The notes under the pieces: model-generated
Databases searched by the model: none
What the model was told of the DNA's origin: nothing
What the model saw: the letters and a program-made list of their open reading frames with translations, nothing else
NCBI GenBank assembly: GCA_964525635.1
Contig: CAZGJX010000031.1
Span: 1-38,067 of the forward strand
Reading direction: 5' to 3'
DNA length: 38,067 nt
Origin: an uncultured archaeon
Lineage (GTDB): Archaea > Asgardarchaeota > Lokiarchaeia > Sigyniarchaeales > SOKP01
Made by a program: the position numbers and the translations under genes
Part shown: piece after piece, positions 18,004 to 27,743 of the stretch
How the letters are laid out: each line of letters opens with the position of its first letter
Numbering within the stretch: position 1 is the stretch's first letter

Positions 18004-18420
18004 ACTACTCACAGCCAAAAAACTTTGATTTTCTATATGTGCAAAATCGCTTCTAATTCGAGTAGGGTTTTATATCGTAAATAACCATTCCTTTGTGATA
18101 GGAATGATTCCTACTCTATAAAGGATTCATTGGGTAGGAAAAAGAAAATATGTTTTTCTCTTGTAAATTATATTATGATGTTAATTGCCGAGTTGAGATC
18201 CAGCTTAATACGATTTCCAACCTTATACGTAATAATCCTCATGTTAATTGATCTCTTTTTAAGTTTTACATATTCACAGCACGTTTTTGCTATCATAGAC
18301 ATATTAATTCTTATCATTCACTTACCTTTTTTTTCCTATCTTGTAGGTTAAGAATTCAACAAACTTTAATAAGCAGCCTTTATTTTAAACCAAAGATTTG
18401 AATGTTTTTTTTTTTTTTAT
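18000..18420 (-). mobile_element. tnpB: IS200/IS605-family relic: degenerate tnpB 3' end plus right end
   Basis: Minus strand reads GCLLKFVEFLTYK / frameshift / KGK*MIRINMSMIAKTCCEYVKLKKRSINMRIITYKVGNRIKLDLNSAINIII*, a decayed version of the TnpB LxYK...Zn-finger...DRDxNAAxNI C-terminus. It is followed by stem-loops and ends in GAGTAGTTCAC at 18000. Confidence 0.7.
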
Positions 18421-18551
18421 AATTCCTTTAATGATAACAACTGAGATTTTTAATGAAATCAAATTATTTAAAAAGAAATTTAATTTTTTATATATAATAT
18501 TCAAGTTATTATAATTATTATATTATCCAATTAAAGGTTTAGAAGACTATA

Positions 18552-18920
18552 ATGAAATCGAAACTAAATAAACTGGAGTATATTATTTTAATTAATTCTA
18601 TACTCATAATATCTCTTTTTTTATGTTTTATCTTAATTCAAAATATTTTTAAATTTAATTCTTTGGAGCCTTTTTACAACAAAATTATTAATTTTAAACA
18701 TTATATGATAAATAGAATCAATATAGATCTATATAACTCTTGTCAGGTTAATACTATAATAGTGAAAGTATTAGATGAATCAAAAACTAATTGGTGGGAA
18801 AATGCGTGGTTATGGGCGGCTATAAGCGCAATAGTCGCAATAATCCTTCGAATAATTAAACTAATTTATGATTATAGAAGGAGTAAAAAATCTAATAGGA
18901 GATACAGAGGAAATCGATAA
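18552..18920 (+). CDS. Hypothetical membrane protein
   Basis: 122 aa with N- and C-terminal hydrophobic helices and a basic tail; no family recognised. Confidence 0.5.
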   Translation: MKSKLNKLEYIILINSILIISLFLCFILIQNIFKFNSLEPFYNKIINFKHYMINRINIDLYNSCQVNTIIVKVLDESKTNWWENAWLWAAISAIVAIILRIIKLIYDYRRSKKSNRRYRGNR

Positions 18921-19002
18921 ATATGAAATTGATTATTTGGTATTTTCTATTTTCTAATCAATTTTATTAAAGATGATGATTTTACACATTTTATTTATAT
19001 AA

Positions 19003-19191
19003 TTAATTATTCACTTTACTTCTATCATAATAGAAATCTACAATTGCCGGAATGGCTATCTGGGATTTTAAGGGACCAGGAATTTGGATTAGCTGTATTG
19101 ATTTGCCTATGATCTTACCTTCCTTCGTTGAAATGCGAATATAGTGTTTATCGGTTTTTCTGTGTTCAATCTTAAATATTTTGGCGTAAAT
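19003..19191 (-). CDS. Possible small protein (62 aa) with ATT start
   Basis: Open frame (M)YAKIFKIEHRKTDKHYIRISTKEGKIIGKSIQLIQIPGPLKSQIAIPAIVDFYYDRSKVNN*. GGAG at 19204-19201; visibly less AT-rich than its flanks. Confidence 0.35.
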   Translation of the reverse strand: MYAKIFKIEHRKTDKHYIRISTKEGKIIGKSIQLIQIPGPLKSQIAIPAIVDFYYDRSKVNN

Positions 19192-19466
19192 TTATCATAA
19201 CTCCTAATTATTAATTTAAAATTATCAGTTGCTAATAAATCATCACCTAATTTAAACCATTCTCGTTATTTTTTATTTATTATGATAAAATTTTATATAT
19301 GAACAATAAAAATCATTTAAATAGTTTATTATCTAAAATAATTAACTCTATTAAGTTCAATGACTCTTTATTGTGCTTTCATACTTTCTTCTAATTTTAT
19401 CATACTATTTTAAATATTGGTTTTCATTTTTAAAATTGATTATAATAAATAAAAAATAATGAAAAA

Positions 19467-20627
19467 ATGGAAAATAAAAAATTAATAGGTAGCGGGATCG
19501 TGGTTATTATTATTATTTCAACCATTGCAGGGATTGGAATCAATAATAACTATATAAATTTTGGAGATAATCCATATGAAAGGAGTATAACTGATTTATT
19601 AGGACGAAAGGTAAATATACCTAATGCAAATAATATTAATAAAATTGTGGGAATAAATGCGGGATGTTTACGATTAATTATTTACATGAATGCTAAAGAT
19701 TTAGTATGTGGAGTTGAAGATATCGAAAAAGAATATAATCCAACACCTTACTCTTTTGCTTATCCTGAATTATCCGCCCTACCTAGTATAGGCCCTCAAT
19801 TTGGTGGAGATCCTGAGCTAATTTTAGCCCAAGAACCAGATATAATCTTTTCAACTTATCTTACCATAGCAGATGCAGACAATTTGCAAAAATTGACAGG
19901 TATTCCCGTTGTGAATCTTCAATATGGAGATTTAAACGAAGGGCGCAATGACTTTTACAATTCGTTAAGACTACTCGGAGAAATACTTGGTAAGGGTAAT
20001 AGAGCAGAAGAATTGATTAATGATATTGATGAGATGATTGAAGATCTTAACAATAGAACTAAAAACATCCCTGATGCTGTAAAAGAGTGGTGTTATGTTG
20101 CAGGTGCCAGTTATTATGGGACTCATGGAATTAGATCAACTGAATGTCAATATGCACCTTTAGCTTTTATTAATGGCAAGAACTCTGCTGAAAATGTTGC
20201 TTATGGACATGCTTACATTGATATTGAACAACTTTTTCAATGGGAAAGAGTCGATGGTACCTTAGATTATATTATAGTCGATTCTGGAGGTTATAATATG
20301 TGCATGGTAGATTTGCAAAATAAAACATTAGAGATGGGAGCAGGAGATTTGAATTGTATTAAGACAGTACCTCCAAGAGCTGTTATGACTTTAGGCTATA
20401 ATTGGTATTCTACCAATTATGATACTATTTTTATTGATGCATATTATTTAGGAAAAAGATTTTTTCCTGACCAATTCTCTGACCTAAATTATACTAATGG
20501 AAATATTTATAATAATATTTACGAGAAATTTCTTGGAGAAAGAGTTTATGAAAATATGGCAAATGCATATGTTCCTGGTTATGAGGGTTTTCACAATATC
20601 ACTCATGCGGAAATTGATGCTGCATAA
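19467..20627 (+). CDS. Iron-chelate/cobalamin-type ABC transporter substrate-binding protein
   Basis: N-terminal TM anchor, ITDLLGRKVNIP, LPSIG, DPELILAQEPDIIF, LQKLTGIPVV. Confidence 0.9.
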   Translation: MENKKLIGSGIVVIIIISTIAGIGINNNYINFGDNPYERSITDLLGRKVNIPNANNINKIVGINAGCLRLIIYMNAKDLVCGVEDIEKEYNPTPYSFAYPELSALPSIGPQFGGDPELILAQEPDIIFSTYLTIADADNLQKLTGIPVVNLQYGDLNEGRNDFYNSLRLLGEILGKGNRAEELINDIDEMIEDLNNRTKNIPDAVKEWCYVAGASYYGTHGIRSTECQYAPLAFINGKNSAENVAYGHAYIDIEQLFQWERVDGTLDYIIVDSGGYNMCMVDLQNKTLEMGAGDLNCIKTVPPRAVMTLGYNWYSTNYDTIFIDAYYLGKRFFPDQFSDLNYTNGNIYNNIYEKFLGERVYENMANAYVPGYEGFHNITHAEIDAA

Positions 20628-20651
20628 TAATATAAAAGAGTGTGTTGAAAA

Positions 20652-21722
20652 ATGAATGCAGAAGAAATTATAAAAGATTATAAAAAATTTAATAAAAGGA
20701 GAGAGAATTTTCTTATTCTTACCTTTTTTTTAATATTATTTTTCATCATAATAGGAATAACTTTAGGAGCTTTTGAAATTTCATTTTTTGACACGATTAA
20801 AGTCCTTTTTGGTGGTGGAGAAAGAATTCACGGGTTAATTATATGGCGAATACGAATGCCGCGTGTTTTATCCGCATTTATAGCGGGAATTGCATTAGCA
20901 TTGGCAGGTGTTTCCATGCAAAGTATCCTTCGAAACCCACTCGGATCTCCCTTTACACTTGGTATCTCTCAAGCTGCCGTTTTTGGAGTATCTTTTGCAA
21001 TTGTTGTTCTTGGGGCAGGCAGCGTGCATAGCGATACTTCTGATGCGGTATTGATTAACAACCCTTATTCAATTACAATCTTTGCGTTTTTGTTTTCTCT
21101 CTTTAGCACGTTCATTATTCTTTTATTGATCAAGTTTAAAAATGCTAAACCAGAAACGATGATCTTAACAGGAGTCATTCTTGGCTCGCTTTTCGCAGCT
21201 TTAAGCGCCGCCATACAATATTTTGCCAGTGATGTTCAAATTGCTTCAATACTATTTTGGACGTTTGGCGATTTAAGCAGATCAACATGGGAAAATTTCT
21301 TCCTCCTTCTTATAATTATCATTCCCGCATTACTCTTTTTTATCAGGAATGCTTGGAATTATAATGCTTTAAATACGGGGGATGAAACTGCAGAAAGTTT
21401 GGGAGTGAATACAGATAAAATAAGGATCTCTGGCATGATCGTTGCATCTCTCATAGTTTCGATTGTAGTAGCCTTTTTCGGAATCATTGCGTTTGTAGGG
21501 CTCGTTGTTCCTCATATTGTCCGCAGAATTATAGGATCTGATGAGCGTTATTTAATTCCGGCATCAAGTTTATTTGGAGGATTATTTTTATTAATAGCGG
21601 ATATTATTGCAAGAACAATAATTTCTCCGATCGTCTTACCCGTAGGTATTTTGACTTCTTTTTTAGGAGCGCCACTTTTTTTATATCTATTATTAAAAAA
21701 AGAAAAAAGGGGATATTGGTGA
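20652..21722 (+). CDS. FecCD/BtuC-family ABC permease
   Basis: IRMPRVL, QSILRNPLGSPFTLGISQ, GDETAESLGV, FVGLVVPHIVR, LPVGILTSFLGAPLFL. Confidence 0.93.
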   Translation: MNAEEIIKDYKKFNKRRENFLILTFFLILFFIIIGITLGAFEISFFDTIKVLFGGGERIHGLIIWRIRMPRVLSAFIAGIALALAGVSMQSILRNPLGSPFTLGISQAAVFGVSFAIVVLGAGSVHSDTSDAVLINNPYSITIFAFLFSLFSTFIILLLIKFKNAKPETMILTGVILGSLFAALSAAIQYFASDVQIASILFWTFGDLSRSTWENFFLLLIIIIPALLFFIRNAWNYNALNTGDETAESLGVNTDKIRISGMIVASLIVSIVVAFFGIIAFVGLVVPHIVRRIIGSDERYLIPASSLFGGLFLLIADIIARTIISPIVLPVGILTSFLGAPLFLYLLLKKEKRGYW

Positions 21723-22501
21723 TATTAAACGTCCAAGGATTAAATTTTGCATATAATAGTGTTCCGATTTTAAAAAACTTAAGTTTTCAAGTGAATAAGG
21801 GCGAATTTCTTGGCGTTGTCGGTCCTAACGGATCAGGAAAAAGTACATTGTTAAAAAACCTTGATAGAATCCTAAAACCACAAGCTGGGGTAATATTTAT
21901 TGACAATAATGATCAAAAAGAAATGCATAGACGTGAAATTGCGAAGAAAATTGGATATGTTCCTCAAAGAGAAGGGAATATTTTTCCGACAACTGTATTT
22001 GAAACGGTGCTCATGGGAAGAAAACCTCATATTAATTGGACAGAAAGTAAAGAAGATAAAAAGATCGTGGCAGAGACCTTAGAGCGTCTTAAATTAGGTA
22101 AGTTTGCCTTAAGGGATATTAGTCAGCTAAGTGGTGGAGAGCGCCAGAAAGTATATATTGCTCGTGCTTTAGTTCAAAAACCCAAGATCCTTCTTTTAGA
22201 CGAGCCCACTGCAAATCTTGATCTTAAACATCAAATTGAGGTTCTTAATCTACTTCTTGAAACCAAAAGAGGGGGCATTACAATTATTGTAGCAATTCAT
22301 GATTTAAACCTCGCGTTAAAATATTGTGACAAGATAATTATTTTAAATGAGGGAAAAATATTTGCTAAAGGAGGAAAGGAAATATTATCAAAAGAAAATA
22401 TAGAAATAGTATATGGAATTAAGGTATCCATGATACAACGAGGAAATCGGATTTTTATAATGCCGGAAGAATCCATAGAAGATTCTATTATTAAAAATTA
22501 A
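21716..22501 (+). CDS. FecE/BtuD-family ABC ATPase
   Basis: GPNGSGKST, LSGGERQ, LLLDEPTANLD, IHDLN. Confidence 0.93.
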   Translation: MVILNVQGLNFAYNSVPILKNLSFQVNKGEFLGVVGPNGSGKSTLLKNLDRILKPQAGVIFIDNNDQKEMHRREIAKKIGYVPQREGNIFPTTVFETVLMGRKPHINWTESKEDKKIVAETLERLKLGKFALRDISQLSGGERQKVYIARALVQKPKILLLDEPTANLDLKHQIEVLNLLLETKRGGITIIVAIHDLNLALKYCDKIIILNEGKIFAKGGKEILSKENIEIVYGIKVSMIQRGNRIFIMPEESIEDSIIKN

Positions 22502-22541
22502 ATATGAGGATATAGAAATAAAAAAATGAAGAGGTGTAAAA

Positions 22542-23651
22542 ATGTTGGAAGTAAATGAAATTGGCGTCGTGAGAAATATTTTTTCAGAACCCGATGACCC
22601 TTTTAAAATGAAAAAAAAGATAAGTACGATAGTTATTCATGAAAAATATGAAGAAGGGCTTTATAAAATTGATAATATTGAATACCTACAAGTTCTTTTT
22701 TATTTTCATAGAGTTGAACGGGCTAAAGAATTAATAGGTCCTACTTATAGCGGTGAAACCAAGGGAGTTTTTGCCTCCAGATCTCAACATAGACCAAGTT
22801 CTATCGGACTAACAACCGTCAAGCTCTTAGGACGAACGGGACGAGAATTGAAAGTAGAAGGTCTTGACGCAATCAACGGAACGCCCGTAATTGATATTAA
22901 ACCATTTGTCTTGACAATGGATCTCCAAGAAAAAGAAAAAATGAAAGAAGAGGGCTACCTAAAATATCCCCGCATGGAGTTCATGAAATTAATTCGAAGT
23001 TGGGATTTAAAAACATTGTTGAAAAAAGCAGCAGTTTTACACGGGCATTATTGTCCCGGGTTAGCGTTTGGAGTTATGGCGGGAGCTTACATGATAAATG
23101 AAATGGGATGGAAAAATGAAGGGATGGAAAATGTCTTGGTGATTGCAGAAACTAATAATTGTTCCGTTGATGGAATTCAAATGATAACGGGCTGTACTCT
23201 TGGTAATAATGCCTTGATTTTTCGGGATTTAAGCAAAACTGCTTTCACATTTACAAATAGAAAAGGTGATGGAATTCGCTTATCATTAAAAGATAATCAA
23301 CGAGAAAAACTTACTGAAAATAAGCAATATAATGACCTTTTCGAGAAAATTATTAAAAAAAGGGAAGGAACTGAGAATGATATGGAATCTTTCATGGATT
23401 TAGCACGAGAAACTTCCTTTAAAATAGTAGCTTTAGATGTTGAGACTTTGTTTAAAATAGAACATGTTCATAATATTAAATTTCCAGAGTATGCACCGAT
23501 CCACGAAAGTATCACTTGTTATAAATGTCAAGAATCTACTATGATAACGAGAGCTATTCAAAAAGATGGAAAATTTCTTTGCATTTCTTGTGCTGATGCA
23601 AATTTTTTTGAATTAAATGGCTTTGGAATTCAAAAAATTAAAACGTCCTAA
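22542..23651 (+). CDS. TrmO/TsaA-like SAM-binding domain fused to an FmdE-like domain and Zn finger
   Basis: GVFASRSQHRPSSIGLT and GLDAINGTPVIDIKP (TrmO/YaeB); LHGHYCPGLAFG and ETNNCSVDGIQMITGCTLG (FmdE); CYKC...CISC. Confidence 0.85.
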   Translation: MLEVNEIGVVRNIFSEPDDPFKMKKKISTIVIHEKYEEGLYKIDNIEYLQVLFYFHRVERAKELIGPTYSGETKGVFASRSQHRPSSIGLTTVKLLGRTGRELKVEGLDAINGTPVIDIKPFVLTMDLQEKEKMKEEGYLKYPRMEFMKLIRSWDLKTLLKKAAVLHGHYCPGLAFGVMAGAYMINEMGWKNEGMENVLVIAETNNCSVDGIQMITGCTLGNNALIFRDLSKTAFTFTNRKGDGIRLSLKDNQREKLTENKQYNDLFEKIIKKREGTENDMESFMDLARETSFKIVALDVETLFKIEHVHNIKFPEYAPIHESITCYKCQESTMITRAIQKDGKFLCISCADANFFELNGFGIQKIKTS

Positions 23652-23819
23652 TAAAGATATTTAGCAAGGTTTTTATTTTTATTTTCCCATTTAAACTTTA
23701 ATTTTTCCCCATTGAGGAGAAATACGAAATATTTCTGATATTGTTTAAAGTTAGATCCAACAGAAATCGAATTTGAACTACCATTCCCTAAACAGTACCA
23801 AGTATTTCTTTTTAATTTC

Positions 23820-24398
23820 TTACTTATTGATATATTCAATGTTATAAATCGGGTGGCTTTTTTTCTTTGAATTTACAATAATTTTTGATATATTTCCATA
23901 ATCTATATTTATGATAAATGAATTATCTAATGTAATTTTCAGAACATATGATAAAATAGATCTTATAACACCAGCATGAGTTATAATAGAAACTTCTTTA
24001 TGATTTTCCTTAATTAAGTCATTAAAAAAATCTTTTGATCTCTTATATAAATCTAAATATGATTCACCATTTGGACAAGTATATTTTTTGATATTATTTA
24101 ACCATTTATTCAATTCAGATTTTCTTATTGATTTCCAATCATTTAATTCCCAATCTCCAAAATTTAATTCTAACAATCTTTTATCTATTATTATTTTCTT
24201 TTTGGTTAATTCTTTCGCGAGTAATCTGCACCTTATTAAAGGACTACTATAAAAAACCATATTTAATGGAAAATTAATTTTATTCTTAATAATATTAATC
24301 TCATTTTTAAAATTATCTGTTAGTTCTATATCAGATTGCCCATAACAGATATTATTGTCTATTTTCACTTTAGCATGTCGTATTAAATATATATTCAA
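23820..24398 (-). CDS. cobC: Alpha-ribazole/adenosylcobalamin-5'-phosphate phosphatase (histidine phosphatase)
   Basis: LIRHA, SSPLIRC, ELNFGDWE, PNGES, THAGVIR; last gene of the cob cluster. Confidence 0.85.
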   Translation of the reverse strand: MNIYLIRHAKVKIDNNICYGQSDIELTDNFKNEINIIKNKINFPLNMVFYSSPLIRCRLLAKELTKKKIIIDKRLLELNFGDWELNDWKSIRKSELNKWLNNIKKYTCPNGESYLDLYKRSKDFFNDLIKENHKEVSIITHAGVIRSILSYVLKITLDNSFIINIDYGNISKIIVNSKKKSHPIYNIEYINK

Positions 24399-24451
24399 TT
24401 AAATATTCACTATTTTAATTATTTCAAAATAATTTAAATATCTTTCCTAAT

Positions 24452-25078
24452 TCATAAATTTAATAGTTTATAATAATCATCAATGGTGTTTATATTAAAT
24501 AAAAATTCTTTATCTTTAACTATGACTATTGCTTGTTCTAAATCTTTTTGATCAATCAAACGACCATCAATAATATTAATACCTAATGGTACTAGCACTT
24601 TTTCATTTCTCTTTGTTTTAAAAGTGCATGTTGGTTTTAATTTATATTTATTAAATATATCAATACTGGACATGAGTGAAAGTGCGGGTTTATTTAAAAT
24701 AAAATATTGTTCAATTATATCATCAATTAAATATGGTTTTATTAATGGTAAATCTGCTGAAATTGTCATTGTAATATTTAAATTTAAAGATTTAATAATA
24801 TATACTATATCAAAATGGTAATCTCTTCCAGGAGTATTTAATAATTCAATAGGTAATTTTCTTTTCTTTAATATTATTTTTGTATGAGGTGTATGTGGTG
24901 AAACAGCCACAATTACTCTATTAATATTATTAGAATTTAATAATCCATCAATTATATGCTCGATAATATATTTATTTTTATAAGGAAGCAAAGGTTTTTC
25001 TCTATATTTTATATTAATATTATTGAAATTAAAACGATTTGATTTACCTCCTGCCATGATTATTACGGGTATTTGCAT
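24452..25078 (-). CDS. cobY: Adenosylcobinamide-phosphate guanylyltransferase
   Basis: IMAGGKSNR, EKPLL, VAVSPHTPHT, SADLPL, FNINT; cob cluster context. Confidence 0.85.
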   Translation of the reverse strand: MQIPVIIMAGGKSNRFNFNNINIKYREKPLLPYKNKYIIEHIIDGLLNSNNINRVIVAVSPHTPHTKIILKKRKLPIELLNTPGRDYHFDIVYIIKSLNLNITMTISADLPLIKPYLIDDIIEQYFILNKPALSLMSSIDIFNKYKLKPTCTFKTKRNEKVLVPLGINIIDGRLIDQKDLEQAIVIVKDKEFLFNINTIDDYYKLLNL

Positions 25079-25102
25079 TATTGTTCCTTGAATTTATTAT
25101 GA

Positions 25103-25969
25103 TTATATATATCCTATAGAATTAATTGACAAAAGTAAAATTAAAACAAACAATCTTGTTATCTCATTTAAAGCTCCAAGGCAATCACCTGTAAGACCAT
25201 TAAAATTATTATTTGATATTTTTATAATAAAAATCATAGGGATAATTGATCCTATTATAAAAATAGAAATTATAATGATAACTTGAATTATATTACAAAT
25301 TTCGATATAATTTTGTTTTATAAAGATTAGTTTTAAAAAAAAAAAATTTTCATATACTATATTAAATATATTTATGAAAATAATAGAGCAAAGAATTAAA
25401 AACATCGATAAGGTAAGTGACTTAATCATATGTTTTTTAGTATTTAATTTTATAAATTTATCTATCGTTTTAGTTTCAGCAGATCTTCCTAAAGAACAAG
25501 CAGCAACCATAGAAAATTTTGCACTAATTTCGCTTAATATCAATGCTAATAATATAAAATTATTTGAATAAGATATACTAATTCCTGTCAATAATAATAC
25601 AGTGAATCCCAATAAAACTCCACCTACTCCAATTCTACTATCGTGCATGACCTCTAATTTATGTTTGGGCGATCCCATCACCATTAATCCATCCCCTAAA
25701 TCGAATAATCCATCACAATGATGGCCACCAGTTATATATATTAGAAATCCCAGAGTAAGGAATCCAACAAGAAACATTGGTAGAATTAATGAAACAATCA
25801 TATTGATAATACTAAAAATGAGCCCAATCATCATTCCTATAATAGGAAAGACCCAAATATTAGGAGCAATATCTTCATTCAGATCAGCTTTCTCTTTTAT
25901 CGAAAATCTTGTGAGAAAAGAGAGACTATTTTTAATATTCTTTAAAAATATTAACGTAAATCTACTCAC
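25103..25969 (-). CDS. cobS: Adenosylcobinamide-GDP ribazoletransferase (cobalamin synthase)
   Basis: LSFLTRF, FPIIG, TGGHHCDGLFDLGDG, MHDSRIGVGG, GLTGDCLGALNE. Start moved to GTG 25969, overlapping the cbiZ stop. Confidence 0.9.
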   Translation of the reverse strand: MSRFTLIFLKNIKNSLSFLTRFSIKEKADLNEDIAPNIWVFPIIGMMIGLIFSIINMIVSLILPMFLVGFLTLGFLIYITGGHHCDGLFDLGDGLMVMGSPKHKLEVMHDSRIGVGGVLLGFTVLLLTGISISYSNNFILLALILSEISAKFSMVAACSLGRSAETKTIDKFIKLNTKKHMIKSLTLSMFLILCSIIFINIFNIVYENFFFLKLIFIKQNYIEICNIIQVIIIISIFIIGSIIPMIFIIKISNNNFNGLTGDCLGALNEITRLFVLILLLSINSIGYI

Positions 25970-26642
25970 TTTTATATATAGTTTTTTGTAATAATAAAAA
26001 GATATCATTTCCAATAGATCCTCCAAATTTTGTTGCTGGACCAGCCCATTCAATTAATCCTCCTTTATTTGTATATGCGATAACAATCGTATCCGTCGAT
26101 GTTCCTGTTGCTGATAATCCATGTTTAGTCTTTATGTTAGAACAATTAAAGAAATATGTTTTAATTTCGGTAATTACAATAAATAAATTAACTAAAGCAT
26201 GTTCGGATAGTTTACCATTTATTAATAGAATAGTATTTATTGTTCCAGGTTTATATTTGAAAAATTTCTCTATTTTATTTTCAATGTTATTAATTAAAGG
26301 AATACTTGCATTACCGATTCCTGCCGTTATAATAATTGTATAGTTAATATCATCTATATTATTATTAAGATTAACAGCATCATTTATATTTACAGCTGTG
26401 AATAATCCAACCGTTGAATTTGATAATTTATATTTAATCTTTACAAATTTCAATTCTTTCTGAAGATTATTACTTTTAAAATTTAGAGGAACATGATGAT
26501 TTACAATATTTTTTATTTTTACACGTCCCCCATTAATTGAAGCATTACTTAAACATTCTAATCTATATTTGGATTTAATAATTATATTTTTTTTATCATT
26601 GAAGATTTTGATGTTTTTGATATTTGTCAGATATTCTCGCAA
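25962..26642 (-). CDS. cbiZ: Adenosylcobinamide amidohydrolase
   Basis: LSNASINGG, VGLFTAV, ITAGIGNA, PGTINTIL, ATGTSTD, WAGPATKFG. Confidence 0.88.
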   Translation of the reverse strand: MREYLTNIKNIKIFNDKKNIIIKSKYRLECLSNASINGGRVKIKNIVNHHVPLNFKSNNLQKELKFVKIKYKLSNSTVGLFTAVNINDAVNLNNNIDDINYTIIITAGIGNASIPLINNIENKIEKFFKYKPGTINTILLINGKLSEHALVNLFIVITEIKTYFFNCSNIKTKHGLSATGTSTDTIVIAYTNKGGLIEWAGPATKFGGSIGNDIFLLLQKTIYKSE

Positions 26643-26666
26643 TTAAATTATCACTTTTTTTTATAT

Positions 26667-27743
26667 CTAATATAAAACAAACCAAATTATAATAAATAGA
26701 AGTAATAAAAATAACGTAAACAAAAGTACTGTTAATTTATATATTCTATAAGCAATGGCTATATCTTCTGGTTCCAATGAACGGTTTGGATTCCCTAATT
26801 TATATTTACCAATTTTTTCAAGTTGGATGTTTAACAACCCAGCCATTGTTCCGATTGTCCATCCTGCGTTAATACTTTCAGTTTTATTTCTATCATTTTT
26901 TATTATCCTTAATGCATTTTTTATATTATATCCTAATATTTTGCCTACTAAGATCATAAAAATAATAATAATCCTAGTTGGAATATAATTAGCAATATCA
27001 TCCATTCTTGCTGAAAACCATCCTATATTTACGTGTTCTTTATCTTTATAACCAACAATACTATCTGCAGTGTTAATAATCCTATATATGTATGCGAAAG
27101 GAATACCTAATAATAACCATAGATATCTTTGGTGAAAAAACTTATACACTATTATCCCAAAAAATGATCCAATAAAATAAAACCATAATGTACCTATAAT
27201 TCCATCAGTAATACTTTCAGCTATACATTCAACCGCTCCAGATATAATATACGATTTATCAAGTTCATGACAATTTCTTCTAACAATAAAAGTAAGGTGA
27301 TATCTTGCTTTTTCTAAATTATTATTTATTAATGCGTTTTTAATTGGTATTGTAGCGTCACCTAATGATTTTAATGCAAATGACCATTTGAAAATAGCAC
27401 TCATAAGGAGAGAAAATATTATTATAATAATCAGATTTAGATTATTGTTGAAAAATAGAGAAAATAATAATTCAAATATCAAAATTTGAATAAAAAGAAG
27501 AGGAACACAAAATATAAGAATTACTAAAACTATTAAAACTATTCCAATCACTTTATCTAACTTTGGTTTACCTTTTTTAAGTTTATTTTCCAAAAATATA
27601 ATAGATAAACCAATTATATTGACAGGATGATATTTTGATTTAAAATCTCCTATAATTAAATCTAAACCCAATGCAAATAAGAGTATTAAAGAATTAAATA
27701 ATATAAAATGATTAGAATAAAATATATTAAACAAAAGAATCAC
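26667..27743 (-). CDS. cbiB: Adenosylcobinamide-phosphate synthase
   Basis: LDLIIGD...HPV, AVECIAESITDG, YRIINTADSIVGYK, GWFSARMDDIANYIPTR, SINAGW. Confidence 0.92.
   Translation of the reverse strand: MILLFNIFYSNHFILFNSLILLFALGLDLIIGDFKSKYHPVNIIGLSIIFLENKLKKGKPKLDKVIGIVLIVLVILIFCVPLLFIQILIFELLFSLFFNNNLNLIIIIIFSLLMSAIFKWSFALKSLGDATIPIKNALINNNLEKARYHLTFIVRRNCHELDKSYIISGAVECIAESITDGIIGTLWFYFIGSFFGIIVYKFFHQRYLWLLLGIPFAYIYRIINTADSIVGYKDKEHVNIGWFSARMDDIANYIPTRIIIIFMILVGKILGYNIKNALRIIKNDRNKTESINAGWTIGTMAGLLNIQLEKIGKYKLGNPNRSLEPEDIAIAYRIYKLTVLLFTLFLLLLFIIIWFVLY

Noticed and set aside
18130-18351. 73-aa plus-strand ORF
   Set aside because: Antisense shadow of the tnpB relic.
19020-19466. Cobalamin riboswitch upstream of the first ABC operon
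   Set aside because: No recognisable B12-box or conserved core; the less AT-rich patch is better explained by a small minus-strand ORF.
10206-19466. Integron cassette array
   Set aside because: Genes are in mixed orientation, and I saw no integrase or repeated attC-like sites.
23648-23839. 63-aa minus-strand ORF after cobC
   Set aside because: Overlaps both neighbours and has no recognisable motif; cannot be supported, though not excluded.
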